Assembly (NCBI GenBank): GCA_041741315.1 | Contig: JBGSKI010000105.1 | Location: 1 to 58,155 of the forward strand | Reading direction: 5' to 3' | Source of the DNA: Hyphomonas sp. | GTDB lineage: Bacteria > Pseudomonadota > Alphaproteobacteria > Caulobacterales > Hyphomonadaceae | DNA length: 58,155 bases | In this document: positions 28,151 to 37,681 of the stretch, piece after piece | How the letters are laid out: every line of letters begins with the position of its first letter | Numbering within the stretch: position 1 is the stretch's first letter | Made by a program: the position numbers and the translations under genes | The notes under the pieces: model-generated | What the model was told of the DNA's origin: nothing | Database searches by the model: none | The model's input: the letters and a program-made list of their open reading frames with translations, nothing else

Positions 28151-29239
28151 TCAGCTCGTGGCGGCGGGCGGCTTTTCGAGCGTGATCAGACCATTGCGCT
28201 TCATAGCCATGAGCGATGTCAGGAACTCGCGCTGAACCGCTTCCGCTTCCAGTGCGGATAGGTCCTTCACGTCCTTCAGGTCATCGCGCATCTGGTCGGC
28301 CATACGCGCCGAGATGCTTGCGAGCAGGAATTCGGACACCGCAGCATGTTTGCCTCTGAGGCTGGCCAGCAACTTCAGTAGCGCTGCCGCATCCATTTCG
28401 CGCACCACCACAGGAACCGCCGCCTTGGGGAGGATCACCGGTAGGGATTCGATGGTGAACAGCGACTTCTGGATGTCCTTCAGCTTGTCATCGTGCTTGC
28501 CCTCGAGGAATTTGACGAGACTTTCGCGTTTGTCGCTCGGGATCAGGCTCAGCAGTTCCCCGATGGCTTCGAGATGCTCGGAGGATTCGCTGATCTCGAC
28601 TTTATCGGCCTTCATGAACTCCATCTCAACCATCCGGCCGAGCACCTGTTCCACTCCGGGATCCACCTGGTCGGAATCGATCATGAATTCCATGATCTGC
28701 GGCAGGGTTTCACCGTCCATGCCGTTCAGGACGTCCGATGCGATCGAGACATCCAGCTTGCGCAGGATGAGCGCCGCAATGTTCGGTGTCAGGCCGCCCA
28801 GGTAATCGGCGATCTGTTTCGGATTCCGGCGAGCAAACTGCCCCCAGGTGTCAGTCGCAGGCTCGACGGCCTCTACACGCGCGACTTCGACCGCCCTCCC
28901 CCCGAAAATCGACGTCAGGCGGTTTGCGTCGACGACGCTCGAGAGGACCGCACGAGCCTTGTCCTTGCCACCGCGCAGTGAGCCCGTCGCATCGCGCAAC
29001 TGAGTGAGGAAATCGATCACGACTTCGACCATCTGTTCGCGCGGGATGAAGGAGATATTCTCCAGTGCCGCCGCGACTTTCGCGAGCGCAACATTGTCCA
29101 GTTTGTCGACAATCGGCTTGGCTGCTGCGTCTCCGAGTACGGTGATGATCACAGCAGCTCGCTGCGCCGGCGTAAGCACTGCCGTGCGAGCCGGTTTTGC
29201 CATGGCCGCCTGTGCCGGCAATCTGGAAACGCTACTCAT
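28151..29239 (-). CDS. fliG: Motor switch protein FliG
   Basis: LTPAQRAAVII..LG..AA.PI, P.QIA.YL, LFT.E.L, ISARMADQMRDDL, EAEA.Q. TGATG-coupled to fliP. Confidence 0.88.
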   Translation of the reverse strand: MSSVSRLPAQAAMAKPARTAVLTPAQRAAVIITVLGDAAAKPIVDKLDNVALAKVAAALENISFIPREQMVEVVIDFLTQLRDATGSLRGGKDKARAVLSSVVDANRLTSIFGGRAVEVARVEAVEPATDTWGQFARRNPKQIADYLGGLTPNIAALILRKLDVSIASDVLNGMDGETLPQIMEFMIDSDQVDPGVEQVLGRMVEMEFMKADKVEISESSEHLEAIGELLSLIPSDKRESLVKFLEGKHDDKLKDIQKSLFTIESLPVILPKAAVPVVVREMDAAALLKLLASLRGKHAAVSEFLLASISARMADQMRDDLKDVKDLSALEAEAVQREFLTSLMAMKRNGLITLEKPPAATS

Positions 29240-30009
29240 CAGGAATACCCACGCAAGACTGCCTCGGTGATTTTCAACCACCCATCGGCGAGAACAAAGA
29301 ATCCAAGTTTGAACGGCAGGGACACAACCGTCGGCGGCACCATCATCATGCCGACCGCCATCAGGACGGACGAAACAACTAGGTCAATCACCATGAAGGG
29401 AAGAAAGATAACGAACCCTATCTGAAACGCATGCTTGATTTCCGAAAGCATGAACGCCGTCGCCAGCAGTGAGAAGGCGGGTGCCTCCCCTTCCGGGACC
29501 GGACGGTTCACCGCGTCGGCCAGGACCGTAATGGTTTCCGCGTCGGTGCGCTTGGTCATGAACTCGCGGAACGGTGTCGCCGTCTGCGTCCACGCTTCCT
29601 GTTCGTTCAACATGCCGTCCATATAGGGCGAAATGCCATTTTCCCACGCCGTCATAAACACCGGCTCCATGACGAAGAAGGTCAGGAACATGGCGAGTGC
29701 CATGATCATCATGTTGGGCGGTGCCTGCTGCACACCGATCGCCTGTCGCATGAAGGAGAAGACGATCACCATGAAGGGCAGGCAGGTGACCATCATCGCG
29801 ATTGCCGGAACAAGGCTCAGCACCGAGACCAGCAGGAACAGCTGGATTACAGAACGGCTGAGGCCGGCCCCCTGCCCGTTCAGGACTTCATTCAGTTGCG
29901 GAAGCTGCTCTGCCGGAGCGGCTTGAGCGAAGGAGGGAGCCGCGCAGCACGCCGCCACCGCCAACAAGACCAGAAGGCGTTGGGCGCTCCTGTTCCTAGC
30001 CAGCCGCAT
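29239..30009 (-). CDS. fliP: Flagellar export gate protein FliP
   Basis: LSLVPAIAMMVTC, RQAIG.QQAPPN, AFMLSEIK.AFQIGF.IFLPF.VIDL, GMMMVPP..VSLPFKL.FFVLADGW. Confidence 0.97.
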   Translation of the reverse strand: MRLARNRSAQRLLVLLAVAACCAAPSFAQAAPAEQLPQLNEVLNGQGAGLSRSVIQLFLLVSVLSLVPAIAMMVTCLPFMVIVFSFMRQAIGVQQAPPNMMIMALAMFLTFFVMEPVFMTAWENGISPYMDGMLNEQEAWTQTATPFREFMTKRTDAETITVLADAVNRPVPEGEAPAFSLLATAFMLSEIKHAFQIGFVIFLPFMVIDLVVSSVLMAVGMMMVPPTVVSLPFKLGFFVLADGWLKITEAVLRGYS

Positions 30010-30337
30010 CGTTCGCCTGCTCCGGAATTTCTGTGATCTTGATTCCGAGGCCGCCATCTTCCGTTTCCACCAGTTCGCCGCGCGCGATCAGCTTGTTGTC
30101 GATCGACAGGTCGACCGGATCGTCAATCCGCGAGGTCAGCGCGACGACCGATTCCGGCCGCAACTCGAGAATTTCCGACACGCTCAGTTTCGCTTTGCCG
30201 ATCGAGACGGTCAGCGTAACCGGCACGTTGTAGATCGACCGCCGGTATTGATTCGCCGCCGAAGGATCCCGGCGGTCGATCACGTTTTCCAGCTCGTTCA
30301 GTTGCGCCGGAGAGAGGGAGTCTTCGCGATGAGCCAT
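29996..30337 (-). CDS. fliN: Motor switch protein FliN
   Basis: VPVTLTVSIGK..LSVSEILEL..ESVVAL...IDDPVDL.I..KLIARGELV....LGIKITEI. Confidence 0.93.
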   Translation of the reverse strand: MAHREDSLSPAQLNELENVIDRRDPSAANQYRRSIYNVPVTLTVSIGKAKLSVSEILELRPESVVALTSRIDDPVDLSIDNKLIARGELVETEDGGLGIKITEIPEQANDAAG

Positions 30338-30341
30338 GGTG

Positions 30342-31118
30342 CTACTCTTTGGTCAGGGGCTGTCGGGAGGCGTCAAGTTGGGTCAGGCAGGATGCCAGCA
30401 GGCTGTCGAAATCGAAAGTCGCGCCGCCGGTTTCCCATGACACGTTGACCCGTGTGTCCTTGGGCGATCCGGCCGGAATAAACACACAGCGGCTGTCCAG
30501 TTCCGGATGCCGCGCGACAATTTCCATCAACTGTGCGGCCAGTTCAGGCTGGGCTGCAATCTTCACGGCAGGCGCCGAGGCCGGAACGATTGCGGGCAGG
30601 TGCCGGCCGACTTCTTCGGCGAGGAAAGCCTTGGAAAGTTCCGGTAGCAACGCAGCAACGATTTCGCGGGCGTCACGAGCCGCGCGCGCTGCTGTTTCCC
30701 GCTTCAGGACTTCCAACTGCTTCGAGAGCGAAGCAACCAGCGCCTCAAGTTCAGCGAGGTCGATACGGGGTGCGGGCTCCGGTTCGGGTGCCTGTGGCGG
30801 CATAAGGTCGGTAGCAAGGTCCAGTTCTGTATCCGGTTCGGGATCTGCAGTTGAGGCCGTCACGGTCCCTTCGTCCGGCTCATTCTCGGACCCGTCCACA
30901 CTCCACTCCAAAGCCTGCTCCGGGTCGGTTTCGGATTTCAGCCAATTGTGCGGTGTCCACGGCCCCGGCGGCTTGGGACGCACAGGAAAGTTCTGGGGCG
31001 GCGCACACCCTTCGCCGCCAGCCAGGTCATGCCCGATCAGTGACCTGATCAACTGCGACGGCAGGGGGGCCTCGCCGCTGTCGAACCTGGGAAGCGAAGC
31101 GTGGAAGGCGTCACTCAT
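30342..31118 (-). CDS. fliH: FliH-like export ATPase stator (divergent)
   Basis: Sits between fliF and fliN. Acidic/Pro-rich N-half, coiled coil, C-terminal V.V.W..GG..FD. Confidence 0.65.
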   Translation of the reverse strand: MSDAFHASLPRFDSGEAPLPSQLIRSLIGHDLAGGEGCAPPQNFPVRPKPPGPWTPHNWLKSETDPEQALEWSVDGSENEPDEGTVTASTADPEPDTELDLATDLMPPQAPEPEPAPRIDLAELEALVASLSKQLEVLKRETAARAARDAREIVAALLPELSKAFLAEEVGRHLPAIVPASAPAVKIAAQPELAAQLMEIVARHPELDSRCVFIPAGSPKDTRVNVSWETGGATFDFDSLLASCLTQLDASRQPLTKE

Positions 31119-32664
31119 TGACGGCAGCTTTCCGGTCGTCATTCAGCCAACTCATGTCGGTGCCGGCCGCCTGCTGTTCCCTGTCGGCGTCTAGCCATTC
31201 CTGAAGGATTGCGGCAGTCTCCGCCTGACGCTCCCGCGTATAGTCCTGAAGCGATGCGAACGGATCGGACGCGATCGCCGGTGCATCACCGCCTGCCGGC
31301 ACGAGTTCGTCCTCGACGGCCGGCGCGGGCCGCAACATCGGACGAATCACGCCGAGAGCCAGCACGATCACCACCAGTCCGAGCACGAGGATCTTGATCC
31401 CCGACCACATGTAACGATCGACCAACTGGTCAACCATGCTCGGTGCGGTAACCAGTCCTTCGGCAACTGGCAACTGGAACGGCATGAATTCGACCGTCAG
31501 GTTGTCGCCCCGGCTGGTATCCAGCCCGGCGCCGGAAATGATCAATTGCTTGATATTCGCCGCCACCTGCTCGCGCAGGGTCGCAGCATCGGCGGCAGCC
31601 GGATCAATGCCGAGCCCTTGGTCATTGAGCAGAACTGCAATCGAAATTCGCTCTATCTCACCCGGAAGTTTCTCGACTTCGGTGCGCGTTTCGTTGATCT
31701 CGTATGACACGGTCTCGTTGGAATTCTTGGTCGTGCTGTTCGACGACCCGCCGGGTGTTGCCGCCTGTGGCAGGTTGCTGGCACCGGTCAGTGCGCCGGT
31801 GGAGCCGCCGCTCGACTCGCTCGTGTCGCCGCTCGACCGGGTCCGAACGACACGAGAATCCGGGTCGAAACTAACTGCCGACGTCTTCTGGCGCTCATGA
31901 CTTACATCCATCGACACAGAGACACGCGCATTGCCAAGACCGACCCGAGCTTCGAGCAGGCTTATGATCTTCTGCTCCAGTGCGGCTTCCTGCGATTCCG
32001 CCTTCGCGCCCGGCATGTCGGCCTTCTCGATCCCCGGGCCCGCAAGGATGCCCTTGGACATGTCGATCACAGCCACTTCGTCGGGGTTCAATCCAGACAC
32101 GGCCAGTGCCACCATGTACTGAATGGCTTCGGCTTGGTTGCTGCTGAGATCGTAGGCCGTCGATAGCGTCACGGATGCCGTCTGTGCCGGTTCGGAACGG
32201 GCAAACCCGGAACGCAGGCTCGCACCGATGTGCACACGAACCGACTGGACGCCCGGCACTGCGAGGATCGTACGCGTCAGTTCACCTTCCTTGGCCCGCC
32301 AGTACGAAGCATTGTACATCTCCGACGTCATTGAGAAGCCGTTGACGTCGTCCAGCAGCTCGTAGCCCTGCACCGACTGGCGCGGCAGGCCGTCCTTGGC
32401 GAGAGCAAAGCGCACGGAATCCCGGTCGCTCTCCGCCACAAAAATGGCGTCGCCCCGGATTTCGTACGGCGTATTGCGCTTTTCCAGTTCCTCGATGATT
32501 TCGCCGGTATGTGAAGCATCTAGACCAGAATAGAGCAGCGCTTTCGGCTTCTCCATGACGCCCTGCATCATGAAATACATCGCGCCAATGACGCCCAGGA
32601 CAGTGGCCGCAAGCATCATCTGGCGCGGCAGGGACAGCGCTCTGAGGGTAGCAATGAAATTCAT
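31111..32664 (-). CDS. fliF: MS-ring protein FliF
   Basis: LLYSGLD, RFALAKDGLP, GYELLD..NGF..TSEM....YWRAKEGEL.RTI, TASVTL, two TM segments. Confidence 0.97.
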   Translation of the reverse strand: MNFIATLRALSLPRQMMLAATVLGVIGAMYFMMQGVMEKPKALLYSGLDASHTGEIIEELEKRNTPYEIRGDAIFVAESDRDSVRFALAKDGLPRQSVQGYELLDDVNGFSMTSEMYNASYWRAKEGELTRTILAVPGVQSVRVHIGASLRSGFARSEPAQTASVTLSTAYDLSSNQAEAIQYMVALAVSGLNPDEVAVIDMSKGILAGPGIEKADMPGAKAESQEAALEQKIISLLEARVGLGNARVSVSMDVSHERQKTSAVSFDPDSRVVRTRSSGDTSESSGGSTGALTGASNLPQAATPGGSSNSTTKNSNETVSYEINETRTEVEKLPGEIERISIAVLLNDQGLGIDPAAADAATLREQVAANIKQLIISGAGLDTSRGDNLTVEFMPFQLPVAEGLVTAPSMVDQLVDRYMWSGIKILVLGLVVIVLALGVIRPMLRPAPAVEDELVPAGGDAPAIASDPFASLQDYTRERQAETAAILQEWLDADREQQAAGTDMSWLNDDRKAAVNE

Positions 32665-32726
32665 GATTCGTCGGACCCGGCTTGTGGGCAGAACAACTGC
32701 AATGGTTAAAATTAGGCGGGTAATTG

Positions 32727-32742
32727 TTAACGGTTCCTTTAC
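32727..32742. promoter_or_regulatory. Putative CtrA box in the fliF/fliL divergent region
   Basis: TTAA-CGGTTCC-TTTAC, the same variant as at 13276. Confidence 0.55.
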
Positions 32743-32792
32743 CCCGGAAGCCGAATAACAATTGCAGGTTCATGAATGCCGGTTGGGGTCAC

Positions 32793-33329
32793 ATGTCAGC
32801 AGGAAAAACCGGAAAGGCCGGAAAGGTCGCCGAGTCCGCTCCAGACGGTGCGGCTGTTCCAAAGGCCAAGTCCGGCGGTGGCGGCGTGCTTGGAATTGCC
32901 GTACTGGCGGTTGGTGCCTTGGCAGCATCCTTTGCGACCGTCTACGTCCTGACACCTTCCGTCGCACCGGTCGTTGCAGCCTGCGCTCCCACAGAAACTG
33001 CGGCCCAGATCGAGCCTACGCTAAACCCTGATGCCGCTTATGTGGAAATGCGGGATCTGACGATCACGATCGGCAGCGAGCCGGCCACGCGTTATTTGAA
33101 ACTGAAGATTGCGGTGATTACCGACAGCTCAGACGTCTCCCTTGTCAACAAGGCCGAACCGGTGCTGGTGGACGCCTTCACGAACTATCTTCGCTCCGTG
33201 GAAGTGAGGGATTTCGAAGATCCTGGCTTCTACGCCCATATGCGAGAGCAACTGGGCCGGCGGTCGCAACTCGTGCTGGGCAACGGCGTGTCGAATGGCG
33301 TGCTGATTACTGAATTCCTGTTGAGATGA
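32793..33329 (+). CDS. fliL: Flagellar protein FliL
   Basis: N-terminal TM, RYLKLKI, P.LVDAF.NYLRSV...DFE.P, LITEFLL C-terminus. Confidence 0.88.
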   Translation: MSAGKTGKAGKVAESAPDGAAVPKAKSGGGGVLGIAVLAVGALAASFATVYVLTPSVAPVVAACAPTETAAQIEPTLNPDAAYVEMRDLTITIGSEPATRYLKLKIAVITDSSDVSLVNKAEPVLVDAFTNYLRSVEVRDFEDPGFYAHMREQLGRRSQLVLGNGVSNGVLITEFLLR

Positions 33330-33332
33330 ACG

Positions 33333-33821
33333 ATGACCGTTGAAGCCACAGATATCGCCATCATCCTCGTTTCGGTCGCGGCCTGCGGGTATTGCTTTAT
33401 CCTGAGCCGCCGCTTGAAGGCGTTGCAGAATACCAAGGATGGCCTCGGGGCAACCATCATGGCGATGTCGAAATCGATCGCCGCCATGTCCAGCTCGACG
33501 CAGGAGACCCGGTCGCATGTCGGCGAGATGGCGACTCGTCTCGCCCGGTTGCTCGACGAGGCGAACCATACCTGCAAACGGCTCGAAGAGCTGCAATCCT
33601 CCCTGCAGCAGACCCAGACCGACGTGGTTGACCAGGTGACTGCCTCGCAGGCTGAACTCGGCACGATGATGCGCATCATCCTCGACCAGTCGAAGACACG
33701 CATCATGGAAATCAGTTCGATGATGCACCAGCTCCGCGATGCCACTGACGCCGAAGCGGCCGCAAGGGCACCGGCGGGACCCCCTCCCCGCCCCAAAGCT
33801 GTTCCGCGACAGACAGGTTGA
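33333..33821 (+). CDS. Membrane-anchored coiled-coil hypothetical protein
   Basis: DI..ILVSVAACGYCFILSRRLKAL...DGLG.TI..MS, then a coiled coil. Lies between fliL and motE. Confidence 0.7.
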   Translation: MTVEATDIAIILVSVAACGYCFILSRRLKALQNTKDGLGATIMAMSKSIAAMSSSTQETRSHVGEMATRLARLLDEANHTCKRLEELQSSLQQTQTDVVDQVTASQAELGTMMRIILDQSKTRIMEISSMMHQLRDATDAEAAARAPAGPPPRPKAVPRQTG

Positions 33822-33825
33822 CGAC

Positions 33826-34461
33826 ATGCGTGCCCTGAAATCCCGCCGCTCCTATGTCCTTCTGACCCTCGGTGCCCTGTTCACCGTCGGTGCGGCGGTG
33901 CGATTCATTCCGAACAACCTTGCCTCGGCAGATGAAACTCGTCCGGCGAGTGCCGCAGAGCAAAACGCCGGCGAGGCTGCAGACGAACACGGCAAGGGAC
34001 ATATCGCACCACTCCTGAAGACGGGGGCCATAGACGAGGTCTGCTTCACGGCGGAGACCGCTGCAGCGCTCGCCGAAGACCAGAAGCGGATGGAAGCGCT
34101 CGACGCCGAACTGACGGAAAAATCTCTGTCGCTTCAGGAGCGCGAGCAGGAAGTCGAGCGCCGCACTGCCGAATTGCAGTCCCTGCAGGACACGCTCGAA
34201 AAGCGCTGGACCGAAATGCAGACATCTTCGTCAGAAGACCTGAAACGCCTTTCGCAGATGTACGGATCGATGAAACCGGACCAGGCGGCGCAGATTTTCG
34301 ACCAGATGGACCCGAATTTCGCGGCTGGCTTCCTGCGCCTGATGCGGGCCGAGCAAGCCGGCATGATCATGGCCGGTATGGAAACCCGCAAGGCCTACGC
34401 GGTCAGCCTGAAACTCGCCTCCCAGAACGAAGACATCCGAGACGCCGCTTCCGCCAACTGA
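33826..34461 (+). CDS. motE: MotE-family flagellar motility protein
   Basis: TM plus coiled coil plus L..MY.SMKP.QAA.IF.QMD..FAAGFL..M....AG.IMA.M....AY. Confidence 0.85.
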   Translation: MRALKSRRSYVLLTLGALFTVGAAVRFIPNNLASADETRPASAAEQNAGEAADEHGKGHIAPLLKTGAIDEVCFTAETAAALAEDQKRMEALDAELTEKSLSLQEREQEVERRTAELQSLQDTLEKRWTEMQTSSSEDLKRLSQMYGSMKPDQAAQIFDQMDPNFAAGFLRLMRAEQAGMIMAGMETRKAYAVSLKLASQNEDIRDAASAN

Positions 34462-34531
34462 ACGGATGCTGGCCAAGCCGCAAGGCGGGCGCTACGCTGC
34501 AATTCGTAATCATTGCTTCGGAGGGCACGCG

Positions 34532-34912
34532 TTGCGGCCTGTTGTTCTTTTCGCCGCGATTGCGGTGCTGGCAAGTTGTTCTCCCAAATCGCCATCTGCT
34601 GCGACCTCCGATCCGGTAGCGCCGGATCCACGCGATGTGGAACGGGCGGAAACCCTGGTTCCGGCCGACGCAAGCCTGGCGGGCATCTACGACCGCTCCT
34701 GCCGCGCCTGCCATGCGCTCGACGGCCTGGGCGCTCCAATGACGGGCCATACAGCCGCGTGGACACCCCGACTGGATGCACGTGGATTGGATGGTCTTGT
34801 CGATTCCGTGCGCAGTGGACGCGGCGGCATGCCCGCCATGGGCTATTGTGCGGATTGCAATGATGAGGACTTCCGTGCCTTGATCACCTTCATGTCGGAG
34901 GGCAATCCATGA
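34532..34912 (+). CDS. Cytochrome c5-like lipoprotein (SphB-like)
   Basis: TTG start after a GGAGG RBS, lipobox LASC, heme motif CRACH, GAP.TG..AAW.PR, MPAMGYCADC. ORF-track start is 34466. Confidence 0.9.
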   Translation: MRPVVLFAAIAVLASCSPKSPSAATSDPVAPDPRDVERAETLVPADASLAGIYDRSCRACHALDGLGAPMTGHTAAWTPRLDARGLDGLVDSVRSGRGGMPAMGYCADCNDEDFRALITFMSEGNP

Positions 34913-36333
34913 CCGGGCACACACGCCGCAACCTGTTGATCGGCGCAGCAGGCGTCACGGCGGCCGCAGCCATACCGGGCGTGCAATATGCCGCATGGAA
35001 CATGAAGGATTTCACCCGGGAGGGATTCAGCCCCGAGCCGTCGCCCGAAGCGGGCCACGTATGGTGGTCGAACTGGTCCGGCATCCAGCAGGCGTCGCCG
35101 TCGAGTATCGCCGTTCCGGCAACCGAGGAAGAACTGGCCACTGTCATTTCGGGCGCGTCGCACCTGCGTCCTGTCGGCAGCGGCCATTCATTTACCGGAC
35201 TCGTCCCGAGTGACGGCACGATCGTAGACCTCAGCCGCTTTTCCGGTGTGAGCACCACCGACGCCGCCAGCGGAGTTGCCACGGTCGGAGCCGGAACCCG
35301 CATCCGGCAAGCCGCCCGCGAACTTGATGAGGCCGGACTTGCCCTGCGCAACCTGCCAGATATCGATGTGCAGACGCTGGCGGGCTCCTTTTCGACATCG
35401 ACCCATGGCACGGGCCGCACCCTGCAACCCCTGCATTCGCACGTCGGAGCGTTCCGTATGGTGACAGCGGACGGCGTGGTACGTGACGTCTCGGCCGAAT
35501 CGGACGCGGACCTATTCGCCGCCGGCAAGGTATCGCTCGGCGCACTCGGAGTGATAACGCAGTACACGCTCAATTGCGCCCCGGCATTCAACCTTCTTCG
35601 CCGCGTCTGGGTCGACAAGATCGACACGATTATCGAACAGGCGATGGACCTGTCGGAGGCCCACAGGAATTTCGAATTCTACTATTTCCCGTTCACCGGT
35701 TATGCAGCGGGCATTTCGCACGACATTTTCGATGGCGAGGTATCGGGCCGCAGTACAGGCGAGGATGACGAGACGCTTACCGGCCTGAAGGACCTGCGCA
35801 ACGTGTTCGGCTGGTCGCCCTGGCTGCGCCGGAAGATCGCCGCAGGCACGCTGCCGAAAGGTGTGGTGGAAGAATCCTCGGACGTATCCTGGAAGCTGCT
35901 CTCGACAGCCCGGCCCACCAAGTTCAACGAGATGGAATATCATATACCCCTCGAGAACGGTCTTGCCTGCCTGCGCGATATCATCCATGCGATCGAATCC
36001 CGCAAGGACACGTTCTTCCCGATGGAAGTCCGCTTCACTGCCCGGGACGATGCCTGGCTGAGCCCGTTCAATGACGGACCACGCCTGTCGATAGCCTGTC
36101 ATGCGGCGGTGGACGAGCCGTACGACTATTTCTTCTCCTTGCTGGAACCTATCCACCGCCGCAATGGCGGCCGGCCACACTGGGGCAAGCTGCATTCGCT
36201 CGGCAAAGACGAGTTATCCGCAATGTATCCCCGGTTCGACGACTTCCTCACCCTGCGCCAGGAGCTCGATCCCGAAGGAAAGTTCCTCAACCCGCACCTC
36301 GCGAAGCTTTTCGGACTGAGTTTCAATGACTAG
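34909..36333 (+). CDS. Tat-exported FAD-linked oxidase, aldonolactone oxidase family (SphC-like)
   Basis: Tat motif TRRNLL, W.NWSG, RPVGSGHSF, ST.THGTG, SLGALGVI, F.EMEY, FP.EVR, GGRPHWGK, LDP.GKFLN. Confidence 0.9.
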   Translation: MTGHTRRNLLIGAAGVTAAAAIPGVQYAAWNMKDFTREGFSPEPSPEAGHVWWSNWSGIQQASPSSIAVPATEEELATVISGASHLRPVGSGHSFTGLVPSDGTIVDLSRFSGVSTTDAASGVATVGAGTRIRQAARELDEAGLALRNLPDIDVQTLAGSFSTSTHGTGRTLQPLHSHVGAFRMVTADGVVRDVSAESDADLFAAGKVSLGALGVITQYTLNCAPAFNLLRRVWVDKIDTIIEQAMDLSEAHRNFEFYYFPFTGYAAGISHDIFDGEVSGRSTGEDDETLTGLKDLRNVFGWSPWLRRKIAAGTLPKGVVEESSDVSWKLLSTARPTKFNEMEYHIPLENGLACLRDIIHAIESRKDTFFPMEVRFTARDDAWLSPFNDGPRLSIACHAAVDEPYDYFFSLLEPIHRRNGGRPHWGKLHSLGKDELSAMYPRFDDFLTLRQELDPEGKFLNPHLAKLFGLSFND

Positions 36334-37609
36334 AATTTCCCGGCGCACTCTCATGATTGGCGGCGCCGTAGCCACTGCGGGAGTTGCCGTTCTGATGACC
36401 AAGCCAAGCGACAAGAGCGGGCCGCGCGACTCCTATTTCCTTGAAATGCAGGCCGCACTGACCGCTGCCGGCATTGCCAGGCCAACCCTCGTCATAGACA
36501 AGTCCCGCTTGGAGCAGAACGTCCGCACACTGAAATCCCACCTTCCGGCAGGTATGGGCTACCGGATTGTTGCAAAGTCCCTTCCGTCCCTGCCGCTGCT
36601 TGCATTCATCCGCGACTTGTCCGGCACCGACCGGCTGATGACGTTCAACCAGCCCATGCTGTCCCTGCTCTCGGTCGAGATGCCTGAGGCTGACCAGCTG
36701 CTCGGCAAACCCTTTCCGGCAGCCGCTGCACGCCGGTATTTCGAAACGCTGCCTGCGGAGCATTCCGCCGCTGCAGACCATATTCAGTGGCTGATCGACA
36801 CACCGGAACGCCTGAGCCAATATGCAGCACTCGCCGTAGAAGCCGGCCGCACACTTCGCATCGTCCTCGAACTGGATGTCGGGCTGCACAGAGGCGGCTT
36901 CGAGCCGGGCCCGGCGCTCGGGGCGGCGATCACGGCGATCCAGCAGGACCCGAACCTGACCTTTGCGGGCTTCATGGGCTATGAACCGCACATTCCGTCT
37001 CTGCCCGAAGCATTCGGCTGGCGCGATCGTGCGCTGAAGGGTGCGTGGAACATTTACGCTGGCGCGCTCGATCAGGCCCGCGACCTCATCGGCGCTGACG
37101 CAATGGCGGGCCTGACCCGCAACGCCGCCGGCAGCCCGACCTATCGCTATTATCAGACATTGGACATTGCCAGCGAAGTCTCGGCCGGTTCCTGCCTCGT
37201 CAAACCGACACATTTCGACACCGAGTTGCTCGCCCCGCACCAACCGGCAAGCTTCATCGCGACGCCGGTGATCAAGTCCTTCGAGACAACCCGCATGCCG
37301 GGGCTCGAATTTGCCGATGGTGCAACGGCGGCCTGGAATCCGAACTCGCGCAAGACCGTGTTCATCCATGGTGGCCACTGGCTAGCCGAGCCCGTCGATC
37401 CGCCGGGACTTGAGTATAACAAGACCTTTGGAAGATCCTCGAACCAGGAAATGCTGAACGGGGGACCGGAACTCTCAATCCGACCTGATGAATTCGTCTT
37501 CCTGCGTCCGCAGCAGAGTGAGGCAGTGTTTCTGCAGTTCGGCGACATCGCGGTCTATGACAATGGCGCCATTGTCGACACCTGGCCGACCTTCCCGGTC
37601 TCAGCCTGA
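36326..37609 (+). CDS. Tat-exported fold-type III PLP enzyme (alanine racemase/DSD1-like; SphD-like)
   Basis: Tat motif SRRTLM, PTLVID, RIVAKSLPS (PLP Lys), ELDVGLHRGG, GFMGYEPH, AGSPTY, LRPQQSE. Confidence 0.88.
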   Translation: MTRISRRTLMIGGAVATAGVAVLMTKPSDKSGPRDSYFLEMQAALTAAGIARPTLVIDKSRLEQNVRTLKSHLPAGMGYRIVAKSLPSLPLLAFIRDLSGTDRLMTFNQPMLSLLSVEMPEADQLLGKPFPAAAARRYFETLPAEHSAAADHIQWLIDTPERLSQYAALAVEAGRTLRIVLELDVGLHRGGFEPGPALGAAITAIQQDPNLTFAGFMGYEPHIPSLPEAFGWRDRALKGAWNIYAGALDQARDLIGADAMAGLTRNAAGSPTYRYYQTLDIASEVSAGSCLVKPTHFDTELLAPHQPASFIATPVIKSFETTRMPGLEFADGATAAWNPNSRKTVFIHGGHWLAEPVDPPGLEYNKTFGRSSNQEMLNGGPELSIRPDEFVFLRPQQSEAVFLQFGDIAVYDNGAIVDTWPTFPVSA

Positions 37610-37681
37610 TTTTTTCACATCGGACCGAACCGGCCTGACCCGATCCTGCGCCTTTCTCTATAGAAGAGGGAGCCGCGCGTC

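Noticed and set aside
1674-34461. Absence of fliD, fliS, flgM and fliA as a novelty
   Set aside because: Expected for FlaF/FlbT-type alphaproteobacterial flagellar systems.
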